64,000 nt of DNA from Opitutales bacterium. Lineage in GTDB: Bacteria > Verrucomicrobiota > Verrucomicrobiia > Opitutales > JABSRG01. The translations under genes and the position numbers were made by a program. The DNA lies in assembly GCA_049599475.1 (NCBI GenBank), contig JBMYOQ010000007.1, positions 32,001 to 96,000 on the forward strand. Direction: 5' to 3'. The notes under the pieces were generated by a model. It had not been told where the DNA came from. It did not search any database and saw only the letters and a program-made list of their open reading frames with translations. This document shows positions 18,287 to 28,968 of the stretch, piece by piece; position 1 is the stretch's first letter; each line of letters begins with the position of its first letter.

Positions 18287-20188
18287 CTAGTTGAGGTTTT
18301 CTCCTAAAAACTCGAGCACGCGCTCGTAGTATTTGATCCGGTTTTTCATCGATGCGACACCATGTTGCTCTGCGGGAAGGTAGAGGGTTTCCGGCGTGTT
18401 TCCGGCTGATTTTAGTGCACTCGCCATGTCTCGAGTTTGTTCTACGTCGACAACGCGATCCGCCTTACCATGAGCAAGGAGAACAGGCTTGTTTATTTTG
18501 TGGGCGTTGTGCCTTGGCGAAATTGATCGGATGTAGTTTTGCTCCTCATCGGGATCTCCGAGGATTTCGACCCACTTGTCATAGGCGTAAGTCCCCTGTC
18601 TATGTTTCCAAAACGAATCCTGCCAGTTCTCAATCTGTTCTTCCATATCGAACACTCCCGCATAGGAGATGGAGCACTGGAACAAACCGGGCTCGAACAT
18701 CTGCGCGGCGACGGATGCGTAGCCTCCGAAACTGGCTCCCATGATCGCTAATCGATTACCGTCGATCCACCCTTTCTTCACGAGCTGTTGGGTGCCGTCT
18801 GCGACATCTTTCACCATGTCTTCGAAGTCACCACTATATCTGCCCGAATTCGATCTGCCGTATCCTGAGGATCCTCTAAAGTTTAGCTGAAAGACTGCGT
18901 AGCCTCTGTTTGCGAGCAATTGAACTTCCTCGTCATATCCCCATGTGTCGCGTGACCAGGGGCCCCCATGAACAAGTGCGACCATCGGATAGGGTCCTGC
19001 GCTGGGAGGACCTGGGAGCGTGAGGTAGCTTTGTAGTTGTACGCCATCGCGCATTTTCAGGCCGAGCGCGTATTGTTGATTTAAAAGAGCCTTATCGATG
19101 TCTGAATTCTTCTCTAGCTCAAAAACCAGTGCTTTTTTCGATAGATCGATCACGCGATATATGCCTGGATGCCGATCAGACATCGAGTAAATCAAAATGC
19201 GATTCTTTGATTTAGAAAAACTGGTGATGCGATTGATCGTATCGGGAAACAGTTGGTCTACGGAATTTTGTATGGCTTCCATATCGCGATCGAACCAGAC
19301 GGTAGTAGGTCGTTTCTTATGGTAGTTTAATCCTAAAACTTCACCGGTGTATGGTGATTGTACGAGATAACTCGTATCCCAAATATCGAATTCTTCATCT
19401 GACCACACTTTGGTGACTTCTTGGTTGCCCGTTAGAGAGACGGAAAATAGGGAGGCATTGTTGGCGTCGCTCTCATAGGCGTTTATCCAAAATGTTTTTG
19501 CCTAGCGATCATAGCCGAGCGTTTCATATCGGGTTCCGACATCGTTGAGCTTGTCGAATAGGTGCCACGTCCCTTTCGCTTCATCGTGGTAGTAGACATC
19601 GATTTCTCCTTCCTTGTAAATCACTGAACATGCAAGGTCGCCCTTTCCATCGGACCACCAGCTCAACTGTTTGCCGCCGATTTGATCGGCACTATCTAGT
19701 TTGCGAGTATGACCATTTTTTGCATTAAAGTTTACGGTTCTCGGGTTACCGGAGACTGTTGAGTAGAGTCGTGTGAGCAGAAGACTCTCATCGCCTGGAA
19801 GAGGCTCTAGAATACCCAGTCCATCATACTGATTAAGCATCCTTACTTTACGAGAACCTGCTTTGGCAACGAACAAGCCGCCTGCGTATTTGTTCTTTAA
19901 AAGCAGGTTGAACGCTACCAATTCGTCACTCACCCAGTGTATGGTATTTACATCATCGCTATTGCTGCCTTTTAGCTTCTGAGCATCATTTTTCTCGAGA
20001 TCCCAAATGATTGCATCGATCCGGTCTTTGGATGGGTATTTGAATGCAATGTAGTCTCCATTTGGGGACAACTCGGCCCCAGCAATTGAGTCGGGTTTGA
20101 ACAAGTCCTCTAGCTCCATGGTTTTGGCGCTGCAGTGCAACGCCGCGCAGACTCCAAAGAGGTACAATAGTTTGTTAAAAGTTCTCAT
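18287..20188 (-). pseudogene. S9 (prolyl oligopeptidase) family peptidase interrupted by in-frame TAG at 19502-19504
   Basis: ORFs 19502-20188 and 18287-19408 share a frame with no other stop between; signal peptide, beta-propeller, VHGGPW, GASFGGY, HGKADRVV, EQHG triad. Confidence 0.85.
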
Positions 20189-20248
20189 AACTTTGTTTCG
20201 GGTTTTAAAGCAATACAGCTAGCTATTCGTCTGCCAAACCTTGGATTC

Positions 20249-21352
20249 TTAACCCAGGCAGCGTATTGCTGTTTCGCGCATTACGGTGTGTTGCTCTGTG
20301 GGTCGGCTGAGGATCTGCTCGAAGGCTTTGGAAAACTCTAATTGGAAGTCGATGAGCTTCTTGAGTTTGAGGCGTTCTGCGGTCTTTGCCAGCATGCCGA
20401 CATACCAGGCGTTTTGCGTGAAAATGTTAAAGCCGCTTTTGGTGTTATCCGATCCGAAAGCAGTTCCATAGCGGCGCTGAGCGGATTCCCAGGAGGATTT
20501 ATCAACACCGCCGCGTGGGCCACCGCTGAGCCGGATGGCCTTGGCGTCGAGCAGGGTGCGGATCTGGATGAGCAGGCGGTTGCGGCCTTGGAGGTTGCTG
20601 ATGAGGCCCCGGGCATCGCTAAATGTGAAGAAATGGCGATCGAGGGCTATCAGTGTTTTCTTGAGATCTAAGGTGTAGAAAGCTTCAGCCGCTTCGAAGA
20701 AATCGGTGTCTCCAAAAACGGGAACATGCTCGTGGATATGTTCTTCGCTCACAGTCCCTCCTGGGCCTACCATGGTGGCCACTTTCGCAGTCTCGTTTTC
20801 GACCACGCGGGCATTGCCGGAAACCTTGGCGATGAGAATTTCGCGCGCGTTTCCGGAGAAGGTGACTTTGGCTTCGTTTGCGATCTTCTCGATCAAAGCA
20901 TAGAGCGGCCCCAGGTTTTTGCCATCGAAAGCTAGGTGGTCGCCTTTACCCTGTTTAAAGAACCATTTGTATCCAGCTCTTCGGCGATCTACGGGGGTCG
21001 CTGAGATGAGTAGGCGAGCGCTTTCACCATCTAGAGTATCTATGGTTGACTTCAGGCGGTCCAGGAGATCTTGAGTTCCTTGGGCGCGGCCTGTTACAGA
21101 GTCGGCAAAAAAGTTAGCGTTGCGGATCCAGACAAGTTTTGCGCCTCCGAAAAGGGACATTGCTTGTAGGCTTCCGACCGCTTGAGATATGACGCTGTCG
21201 ACGTCGCTCACGTTGTTCGCGCGTCCGTCGATGATCTCAATAGAGTATTCATCGGCACCCGTCTCGGCGATCCAGGTATCCCATGTCTCCTTCGCTCGCT
21301 GCGTGAGCAAGTAGTCATCATCGCCGGAATAAAACTGGAATCCATTCGCCAT
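20249..21352 (-). CDS. holA: DNA polymerase III subunit delta
   Basis: FYSGDDDYLL, MSLFGGAKLVWIR, VENETAKV pattern of HolA; size fits. Confidence 0.85.
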   Translation of the reverse strand: MANGFQFYSGDDDYLLTQRAKETWDTWIAETGADEYSIEIIDGRANNVSDVDSVISQAVGSLQAMSLFGGAKLVWIRNANFFADSVTGRAQGTQDLLDRLKSTIDTLDGESARLLISATPVDRRRAGYKWFFKQGKGDHLAFDGKNLGPLYALIEKIANEAKVTFSGNAREILIAKVSGNARVVENETAKVATMVGPGGTVSEEHIHEHVPVFGDTDFFEAAEAFYTLDLKKTLIALDRHFFTFSDARGLISNLQGRNRLLIQIRTLLDAKAIRLSGGPRGGVDKSSWESAQRRYGTAFGSDNTKSGFNIFTQNAWYVGMLAKTAERLKLKKLIDFQLEFSKAFEQILSRPTEQHTVMRETAIRCLG

Positions 21353-21552
21353 TAGATCCAGAAGGCTGTGGATCGCTGAGTCGCCGATCAAGGATTAAGG
21401 GGCCGAATGCCGCGAAAACGCTTTTTCCACCGTTCGGAGAACCGCGGCTACCCTTATTTTGCTCTGATAGTATCCATATTCGAGCGTCCGTGCTTTTGCT
21501 CCGGCAATTACGGACATAGCTTCCGTTACGCGATCCGTGGACTCCAACAACC

Positions 21553-22611
21553 CTACGAATTGGGTTCTTCTTCTGGAGCTTCGGGCTCGGGCTTTACCAC
21601 AAATTGTTCGAGGCTCTCGGGGAGTTGCTCGAAGTTGAAACTGGTGATTTCCAGAGCGTATTTTGCGAAGATGTCTGTCCAGAGAGGTGATGCTTTGGTT
21701 TGCTCGACGATGAGGTAGGGGGTGCCGGCAGGGATGTCCTCTTGAGGATCCTCGGCTGATTCCTCCGAAGCGTCCGCTTCGTTTTCCTCTTTTTCGGGTG
21801 CTTTTACTTCGGGGCGACGGCCGAATTTGAAGGTGAAGCTTTCGCCGGATTCAAGGGTGACGGAGTAGGTCATCGCGTGTTCCATAGCCTCGGCCACTTC
21901 TGCGTTTCCTATGGGGGCGAGATCCTGGAAGCGGAGATTCGTTAGGCGGCTAAAGGCGGTTTTCAACTCGGTTTGCTCCAGTGCCGATTCAGATCCAGCA
22001 ATAGAGAAATCGGTCTCTGCATTTTCCCTTTCGAATGTGTAGTCTGAATTTGAAATAGCGGTGACGGAATCCCATTCGAAATCCCAGGCGGTGCTCACGG
22101 ACCAGTCTTCGGGATCTGTTTGGATGAAGGGTTTTTCCTCTGCGAGCACTACTTTGCTGCTTCGATCCACTCGAGTGAAGTAGCCTTGAGTGTTGCCTTC
22201 TTTGCCGAAGGAAATGTCGGCGAGCGTTTCTTCTCCCTTTTGGAAGACGACTCGGGTTTTGCCGATGTTGAGCGTTTGGATTCGGTCGGGATTGTCCGTG
22301 ACCGCGCGAATGATTTTAGAGTCTGCAAGCTCGTTCACCAAATCGCTGATCTTGCTGAAATCTGCAGGGAGGCCATAGCGGCCGGGGACGGTCCAATCAT
22401 CGCCACTTTTGGTGATCTCCACAGAAGGGCTGTCTGATTGGTCTTCGAATACTTGAATCGTGTTGGCCTCGGCTATCGTCTGTGTGTCGAGCAGGCCTTC
22501 TCCAACGAGCTCAGATTGGATCGGGCCACCTTTGGACGCTTGGGCGATCCAGAGAATACCTGCGATCACGGCGAGCACTGCGGTTAGTATGCTGATGTTT
22601 TTCAGGTTCAT
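21553..22611 (-). CDS. DUF4340-type membrane-anchored protein of a Gld-like ABC operon
   Basis: N-terminal TM; W-x-V...PAD..KI..LV..L pattern; last gene of the ABC operon. Confidence 0.7.
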   Translation of the reverse strand: MNLKNISILTAVLAVIAGILWIAQASKGGPIQSELVGEGLLDTQTIAEANTIQVFEDQSDSPSVEITKSGDDWTVPGRYGLPADFSKISDLVNELADSKIIRAVTDNPDRIQTLNIGKTRVVFQKGEETLADISFGKEGNTQGYFTRVDRSSKVVLAEEKPFIQTDPEDWSVSTAWDFEWDSVTAISNSDYTFERENAETDFSIAGSESALEQTELKTAFSRLTNLRFQDLAPIGNAEVAEAMEHAMTYSVTLESGESFTFKFGRRPEVKAPEKEENEADASEESAEDPQEDIPAGTPYLIVEQTKASPLWTDIFAKYALEITSFNFEQLPESLEQFVVKPEPEAPEEEPNS

Positions 22612-22644
22612 TTTCCGAAATTGGGTAAAGTGTGTAAGTGGGGT

Positions 22645-24540
22645 TTAACTTTCGCGCTTTCCGCGACGTCCGAAGTAGAATGCGCCTAGGGCGAGCACGA
22701 TGACGGGGCCTGCCACCAGGTTTATCGATGCGAGGGTAATCTCGAGGGCTTCGATATCCTCGCGCATGGTTTTGCGGATCTCACGCAGGTTGCTGCGGAG
22801 GTTGGCTTCGTCATTGCGCAGATTTTCTATGGCTTCGAGGACTTCGGGAGTTGCGATTAACAGGCGTTGATCTGCCTGCTGAGATTGTAGCTGCTGGAGC
22901 TGTTGCGTGGTCTCGCGCATCTTGTTTTCAATCTCTTCGGCGGCCGCCTGAAATTTCTCCTGTGCCGCGAGTTCCATTTCCTCAACGCGGGTAAACGTGC
23001 GGAAATTGCTCCCCTTACCTCGAATGCCCATGAGCTGATTGCCTCCGGCGAGGTAGTCGACGATGTTGGAGAAGAACGCCAAGTTGTCATTCATCGGTTG
23101 GTAGGTCTCCATGCCGGGAAGGAAGCTCACGCGCTGGGCGACAAACTGGTCGAAGATCAAGTCCGAGTCACTGAGTACAAAGATCTGCGCATTCTCGGTC
23201 GATTGCACGAAATCCATATCTACCAAGGGCTCGATGGTGAATTGCGTGAGGTCTTCGTCGCCAGTCTCTTCTTCCGGTTTACCTTCAGGAAATGCGGATT
23301 TGAGTGACCCCGAAAACCGTGCGGCGACGACGCGTTGCTCACCATCGGTAAGAATCTGACGCGGCAGTTGCGATGGTTGCACGAACTGTAGGGCGTTGGC
23401 CATCATTTGACCCGAGCGTTCGGAAGTCTTTAGCAGAGCTTCCATTTCGAGGGTAGATTCGGAATTGAGCCCAAGGCTTCCAGCCTCAAAGACCCAGATG
23501 TCCTGAAGCTGTGCCATGATGGGCGATTCGGAGTCTATATCGTTGATCGAAATAAAAGTCGGATTGCGGAATGGGAGACCATTGGCACCTGCACCTGTTT
23601 CCAAACCGTTGACGAGATCTCCGACAACATCGGAGCTCGAGAAATCAATTCCGTAGGCCTCAGTAAGTGCGTCCAGATTACTTGGACTGATCCCAGGAGG
23701 GCCGGCCATTGGATTGCTGGGCTGTTGGCTGAGGCGTTGATATGTGGACGAAGGATCGATCGCGAAGAGGGCAGGGCGACCGTTCATGATGTATTGGTCA
23801 ATAGCGTAAAGGGCGGCTTCTCCCAAAGGCGACGGGTGTATCACTGCCAATACATCGATGTCGTTAGGAATTTCGGTGAGAGATGCTTCCAAGAATTCCA
23901 GGTCGTAGGTGCGCTGAAGCTCTTGAACGATGAGCCATGGTTCGCTGCCTTGCTGGGGCATTCCCATCATTGCTGGCATTTGTGGGGTGCCTTCCATTTC
24001 GCTGAGGCTGGTCAGAATCCCGAGTTTCGGCTTCAGCAGGCGTGTAGACTCGTAGATGATTCGAGAGATATCGTACTCTAGGTAGCTCTCACGCTGCGGC
24101 TGGAAGAAGGGAATGGTGGCCTCTTGGTCTGCCTGAAAGACATGCAGGCCGAGCATGATATTGTCGCCACTGGGCAAAGTCTGGCGATTGAGTCCAATGC
24201 GAATCGCAGCTTCCTCCTCTTCGGTGTCAGGGCGTGGGTCGATCGACTCAAACTCTACCATGGCTCCCCCGATGCGGGCGTATTGACCTAGCAAAGCCTT
24301 CACGCGCTCGGCGAAGTTTTGAAACGATACCGGCAGTCCCTCGGATGACTCCGTGTAATAAAGGCGGATGTAAACAGGTTCTTCCAATTCCTCGAGCAGG
24401 GCACGTGAGCCCTCCGAGAGCGTATATTGATTTTCCGATGTAAGATCCCATTGGCCAGGAATCATCCGGCCAATCCAGTTGAGCAGGACGAAGCAAACGA
24501 GCAACAGTCCCATAAGAATCCATTTTTGTGACTTATTCAT
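22645..24540 (-). CDS. GldG-like ABC transporter auxiliary protein
   Basis: DLTSENQYTLSEGS, LEYDISRII, YAIDQYIMNG, DNLAFFSNIVDYL; N- and C-terminal TM. Confidence 0.9.
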   Translation of the reverse strand: MNKSQKWILMGLLLVCFVLLNWIGRMIPGQWDLTSENQYTLSEGSRALLEELEEPVYIRLYYTESSEGLPVSFQNFAERVKALLGQYARIGGAMVEFESIDPRPDTEEEEAAIRIGLNRQTLPSGDNIMLGLHVFQADQEATIPFFQPQRESYLEYDISRIIYESTRLLKPKLGILTSLSEMEGTPQMPAMMGMPQQGSEPWLIVQELQRTYDLEFLEASLTEIPNDIDVLAVIHPSPLGEAALYAIDQYIMNGRPALFAIDPSSTYQRLSQQPSNPMAGPPGISPSNLDALTEAYGIDFSSSDVVGDLVNGLETGAGANGLPFRNPTFISINDIDSESPIMAQLQDIWVFEAGSLGLNSESTLEMEALLKTSERSGQMMANALQFVQPSQLPRQILTDGEQRVVAARFSGSLKSAFPEGKPEEETGDEDLTQFTIEPLVDMDFVQSTENAQIFVLSDSDLIFDQFVAQRVSFLPGMETYQPMNDNLAFFSNIVDYLAGGNQLMGIRGKGSNFRTFTRVEEMELAAQEKFQAAAEEIENKMRETTQQLQQLQSQQADQRLLIATPEVLEAIENLRNDEANLRSNLREIRKTMREDIEALEITLASINLVAGPVIVLALGAFYFGRRGKRES

Positions 24541-24559
24541 TTCTTAGGATAGATGGGTG

Positions 24560-25285
24560 TTAGCGTTCGAGAACCAAGATGTTGATGGACAGACACAGAA
24601 AGGTGACTGCTGCGAAGAAGCAGATACTGCCGGCAGTGATGAGACCCGAGGCCATAAGGTCGAAGTGGTAGGTCACGCTCAGGCTGGAAATCAGTCCGAC
24701 GATTTCGGCGGGCACTTGTAGGTTTTCCAAAAGGGAATTGAAGGGGCCAAAGCCTAGGAGGACCAAAACCAGGCAGATGATAACACTCAGGACGAAGGCA
24801 ATGACCTGGTTTCGCGTGAGCGAAGAGGCGAGGGAACAGATGCTCAAGAAAGCAGCCGCAGTGAATGCCGCGCCTAGGTATCCGCTAAACATCGGGCCTA
24901 AATCTGGAGAACCGAGATAAAAGACGGTCGCCGGGACGGTGAGTGTGAGTGCTAGATTGATCCCAACGAATGCCCACGCTGCCAGGAATTTGCCGATCAC
25001 GGCTTCGGATGGACTGATCGGGCTGGTAAACAGGATTTCCCAGGTCCCTGATCGAATCTCTTCAGACCAGAGGCGCATACCGACCGCGGGGATCTTGAAC
25101 ATGAAGACCCAGGGTAGGAAGGTGAAAAAGATCTCGAGCGAGGCTTGATTCGCGTCGAAAAAACGGCCGATGAACCAGGGCAGGCCCACTGCCGACAAGA
25201 TAAACGCGGCCATGAATACGTAGGCCACTGGCGTGCGGAAATAGCCCATGAATTCACGCCAAAAGATTGCAGAAACTCCGTTCAT
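24560..25285 (-). CDS. ABC-2 type permease (GldF-like)
   Basis: REFMGYFRTPVAYV, MRLWSEEIRSGTWEILFTSP, GKFLA. Confidence 0.92.
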   Translation of the reverse strand: MNGVSAIFWREFMGYFRTPVAYVFMAAFILSAVGLPWFIGRFFDANQASLEIFFTFLPWVFMFKIPAVGMRLWSEEIRSGTWEILFTSPISPSEAVIGKFLAAWAFVGINLALTLTVPATVFYLGSPDLGPMFSGYLGAAFTAAAFLSICSLASSLTRNQVIAFVLSVIICLVLVLLGFGPFNSLLENLQVPAEIVGLISSLSVTYHFDLMASGLITAGSICFFAAVTFLCLSINILVLER

Positions 25286-25315
25286 AATCGTGAAAAGGTT
25301 TTATATGATTGGCAC

Positions 25316-26245
25316 CTACGCGGCGTCTTTTTGGGTCATGCTACGGAAAACATCCTCAAGCCTTGGGCGTGCGAGTTCGACGCGCTCGAGCTGGATCTTC
25401 TTTTCCGTCACGGTCGAAAGCACTTTGCTCTGGATATCCTGACCATCTGCGGGTGAAAGCACGAGAAGCTGTTTCTTGGGGCGGCGGACTTTCTTGATCC
25501 AATTCACGCCCTGAATCGCAGTTTCAAAGGCTTTAAGGGACTCCTCACTGCCCTGAAGGGTAAGCTCGTTATACTGCGGGTGCTTCTTGAGAAGGTCTGC
25601 CGGAGTGGCATCTACCTTTACCGTTCCTCGGTCGATAATGATCACGCGATTACACATCGCGGAAACCTCTTCGAGAATATGCGTTGAAAGGATGATGGCC
25701 TTGTCTTTAGCCATTCCCGAAATCAACTTGCGCACCTCGTCTTTTTGGTTCGGGTCGAGGCCATCGGTGGGCTCATCAAGGATGAGACAGGGTGGATTGT
25801 GCAAGATAGCCTGTGCCAGCCCGACACGTTGGCGGTAGCCCTTACTTAAGGTATCTAGAGTTTGATAGACGAATCCATGCAGGTGGCAGGTCTCAATAGC
25901 CTCTTCGACTTTACTGGATTTCTGAGCCCCCGAAAGGCCACGCATATCTGCGGTAAAATTCAGAAACTCTGAAACGGTCATCTCTGGATAGAGAGGTCCG
26001 GTCTCCGGTAGGTAGCCAAGCTGACTCTTGGCGGATTTCGCTTCGGTCGCGACATTCTTCCCAGCGATGAACGCTTTGCCGGAAGTTGGGCGAAGGAAAC
26101 CGGTGAGCATTTTCATAGTGGTCGACTTCCCGGCGCCGTTGGGGCCGAGGAATCCGAGAATGTCACCTGGGTTTACTTCGAAGCTTACTTGGTTCACTGC
26201 GCGAAAGGCGCCGTAATCTTTGGTAAGGTTTTCTGCTCTTATCAT
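25316..26245 (-). CDS. ABC transporter ATP-binding protein (GldA-like)
   Basis: GPNGAGKST, LSKGYRQR, ILDEPTDGLDP, STH. Confidence 0.95.
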   Translation of the reverse strand: MIRAENLTKDYGAFRAVNQVSFEVNPGDILGFLGPNGAGKSTTMKMLTGFLRPTSGKAFIAGKNVATEAKSAKSQLGYLPETGPLYPEMTVSEFLNFTADMRGLSGAQKSSKVEEAIETCHLHGFVYQTLDTLSKGYRQRVGLAQAILHNPPCLILDEPTDGLDPNQKDEVRKLISGMAKDKAIILSTHILEEVSAMCNRVIIIDRGTVKVDATPADLLKKHPQYNELTLQGSEESLKAFETAIQGVNWIKKVRRPKKQLLVLSPADGQDIQSKVLSTVTEKKIQLERVELARPRLEDVFRSMTQKDAA

Positions 26246-26587
26246 TGGGTATGTAGGGTCACTGAAACGTGGTATTGGACAGATGAAAATTTTCCTGTTC
26301 CGAAAAAAATCAACATTTTCTGTACGTTTTTTATCACCGAACAGACCGTTAGGGATTTTTCTGATTCTTTTTGCGAGTTGAGGCCAGTCGAAAACGAAGC
26401 CTCTTTTCGAAAGTCGCTGTTAGTAATCTATTTACGCGTTTCAGTAACGCTGAATCCCAGTGATAATGGTTTCTTAATACCTGATAATTAGGTGTTTATG
26501 ACAAATTTTTTAAGATTTAATGTTGTGCTTTCTTAAATTTTTTTTACGTTAGAGACAATCAAGCACAACCTCTGCTTTTTGCGAGTT

Positions 26588-26833
26588 ATGGGAAAACACT
26601 TTAGCGAATTAAACGAAAAGATTAAAGCACTCCGTGGAATCAGCATGATCCAACGGACCTGGGCTGATGTAGCCTACATGATGAGTGAGGAAGATCGCTC
26701 ACGCTACCTACTGATGCTAGACACCGCTAAGTTTTTCATGATGCGCAACAACTTTGTCCGTGTGAACCGCGAGTATCGCGTGATCCACAACTTTCTCCAG
26801 ACCGTGCAGTCACGCGGTAAGGATACTGTATAA
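26588..26833 (+). CDS. Small hypothetical protein (81 aa)
   Basis: ATG ORF after an AT-rich promoter region, converges on lipB; plausible codon usage. Confidence 0.6.
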   Translation: MGKHFSELNEKIKALRGISMIQRTWADVAYMMSEEDRSRYLLMLDTAKFFMMRNNFVRVNREYRVIHNFLQTVQSRGKDTV

Positions 26834-26835
26834 CT

Positions 26836-27516
26836 TTATCTCCAACTCTTCTCTCCCTCCAAAGCTCGCCTGAGTCCACTGAAGTGGCAGGCGAGCTTTA
26901 CTTTTGCCTCATTCAGAGTGGGAGCCTGGTCCATTTCTTTGGCCAAAGAGGTGACGGTGCCGTCGGTAATCCCGCAAGGCACGATGCCCGAAAAGTGGCC
27001 TAGGTTGGGATTCACGTTCAATGCGAAGCCGTGGTAGGTGATCCAGCTCTTCACGGCGACACCGATCGCGGCGACTTTGCGCTCACCAAACCAGATGCCT
27101 GTTTTGCCTTCGCGGCGCGTCCCCGATAGGCTAAAATCTGAAAGTGTCTGGATTAACAGGTCTTCAATGGCCCGCAGGACTGCATGAAGATCCCCTCGAG
27201 CTCGTGCATCGCAGATAACATACCCGACAATCTGTCCTGGCCCGTGGTAGGTGACATCTCCTCCGCGATTCGACTTGATGAGCTCAATTCCGTGCTGCTT
27301 GCGCGTGCTCTCATCCCAGATCAGATGCTGCTCAGCACCTTTCCGGGCTCCGAGCGTATACGTTGCAGGATGCTCGAGCAGAGCTAGGGTGTCTGGGCGT
27401 TTTCCCGCTTTGCGTTCCTCGACATATTGAAGCTGTCGAGACAAAGCTTCCGAGTAGTCCACGGTTCCCCAATCTTCGACAATCCACTCGTCTTTGAGCT
27501 GCTCAATTGTATCCAC
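26836..27516 (-). CDS. lipB: Lipoyl(octanoyl) transferase
   Basis: LLEHPATYTLG, RGGDVTYHGPGQ, KVAAIG, HGFALNV, IVPCGI. Confidence 0.95.
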   Translation of the reverse strand: MDTIEQLKDEWIVEDWGTVDYSEALSRQLQYVEERKAGKRPDTLALLEHPATYTLGARKGAEQHLIWDESTRKQHGIELIKSNRGGDVTYHGPGQIVGYVICDARARGDLHAVLRAIEDLLIQTLSDFSLSGTRREGKTGIWFGERKVAAIGVAVKSWITYHGFALNVNPNLGHFSGIVPCGITDGTVTSLAKEMDQAPTLNEAKVKLACHFSGLRRALEGEKSWR

Positions 27517-27602
27517 GGCTAAAGTGTCACCATGTCTCGCCGTGTTTCAAACATGAAACGAGGGCTTGTCCTTCATCAAACGCTACTACAAATTCCGCCG
27601 CG

Positions 27603-28889
27603 ATGCGTGTTCTGCTGACTTCCCATGGCTCCACTGGAGATATTTACCCTGTTATTAGACTGGGACGCGCTCTGGTCGACGCGGGCCACGAGGTAAAGTT
27701 TGCCACGGTTACGCTGTTTAAGGAGGAAATCGAGGCTGCCGGAGTCGAATACGTATATCTGCCCCCAGATTGGGACCAGTCGGGATTTGCCGAGGCGATG
27801 CGCGATCTGGCTCAGGTGAAAGATAACCTCCAACTGTTAAAATCAATTTACGGGGAAGCAGTTCCCTATCTTCAAGAGATCATAACGAATCTCACTGAGC
27901 ACATGCCGTGGTGTGATTTGATGGTGTCCAGCTACGTCTTTTCGCCGCTCAAATCTCTGGCTGATAAATTTCATAAGCCTTTTGCTACGCAGCTGTTTGT
28001 GCATGATTTTATCCCCTCCCGGCGCGTTACTCCGCACCCCATTTGGGGGCTACGAGGTTGGCCGCGGGGAGTGCAGGATGCCTGGAATGCGATGTGGTGG
28101 CGTATCATCGACCGGGTACTCGTGAGTGCGATTCATGAGGTGTTGGGCACTGAGCTCAAGGCCGCGGGTCTAAAACTACCTGAGAGTTTTCTGCAACATC
28201 CGGCAAATTTGAGCCTTGTGACACTCTCCGGTGATCTCTTTCGCCCAGAATTTGAGGAGCATCCGGATCAGTTCCAGTATTCCGGCTACCTGCGCTGGCA
28301 GGCGAAGGAAGATCCCGAGTTGGATAAGGAAGTCGAAGCCTTCACTGAGGGCGAGCCCGTCCCGATTTTAACATTTGGTTCGGTGACTTTCGAAAAACAG
28401 CGCCGCGTGATGTCGCGCTTCATGAAGCATTGGCCCAAAGGCAAAAAGATTATCGTCCAGGAGGGCTGGGCGGGGCTGACTGTTGCTCGACCTCGACCCG
28501 AAATCAAAGTCGTCGGCAAGGTGTCGCACGACCAGTTGTTTAAGCACGCCTCAGTGATCATCCACCACGGAGGATCGGGGACGACGGGAACCGCCTTTCA
28601 CGCCGGGAAGCCACAGATCGTGATTCCGCATTTCGGCGATCAATACTTCTTTGGAGATGAGGTAGAACGCCTCGGCTGCGGTTATCATTTGAAGCGCCGC
28701 CGCTGGCCAGAAAATCTACCGAGCGTAATCCGTAAAATTCACCGGCATACCCGGTTTGCCGATCGAGCTAAAGAAGTCGCCGACATCTTGGCCAAGGAAG
28801 ATGGACCCGGAAATGCCGCTAAGATTCTCGAAAAATACGCCGAAGAAGAGCAGGAGCGGATCGACGAAGCGGTCGGGGAGGAAAGGTAG
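27603..28889 (+). CDS. GT1-family (UDP-glycosyltransferase) glycosyltransferase
   Basis: GSTGDIYP N-terminal motif; TFGS; IHHGGSGTT...PHFGDQ. Confidence 0.92.
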   Translation: MRVLLTSHGSTGDIYPVIRLGRALVDAGHEVKFATVTLFKEEIEAAGVEYVYLPPDWDQSGFAEAMRDLAQVKDNLQLLKSIYGEAVPYLQEIITNLTEHMPWCDLMVSSYVFSPLKSLADKFHKPFATQLFVHDFIPSRRVTPHPIWGLRGWPRGVQDAWNAMWWRIIDRVLVSAIHEVLGTELKAAGLKLPESFLQHPANLSLVTLSGDLFRPEFEEHPDQFQYSGYLRWQAKEDPELDKEVEAFTEGEPVPILTFGSVTFEKQRRVMSRFMKHWPKGKKIIVQEGWAGLTVARPRPEIKVVGKVSHDQLFKHASVIIHHGGSGTTGTAFHAGKPQIVIPHFGDQYFFGDEVERLGCGYHLKRRRWPENLPSVIRKIHRHTRFADRAKEVADILAKEDGPGNAAKILEKYAEEEQERIDEAVGEER

Positions 28890-28890
28890 T

Positions 28891-28962
28891 GAAGGATGAA
28901 GGATGAGGGATGAAGGATGAAATTTTAGCGCGTCAGCCTTTCATCCTTCATCCCTCATCCTT
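28891..28962. repeat. Heptamer (GGATGAA-like) tandem repeat forming a perfect 24-bp inverted repeat
   Basis: 28899-28922 AAGGATGAGGGATGAAGGATGAAA pairs with 28939-28962; 16-nt loop; lies between convergent genes. Confidence 0.9.
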
Positions 28963-28968
28963 TAAAAA

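Noticed and set aside
19502..19504. Pyrrolysine or amber recoding
   Set aside because: TAG is a normal stop for many genes in the window and no pyl genes are present
21553..26245. Gliding motility inferred from GldA/F/G-like genes
   Set aside because: This ABC operon type is widespread in non-gliding bacteria, and there are no gldK-N or T9SS genes here
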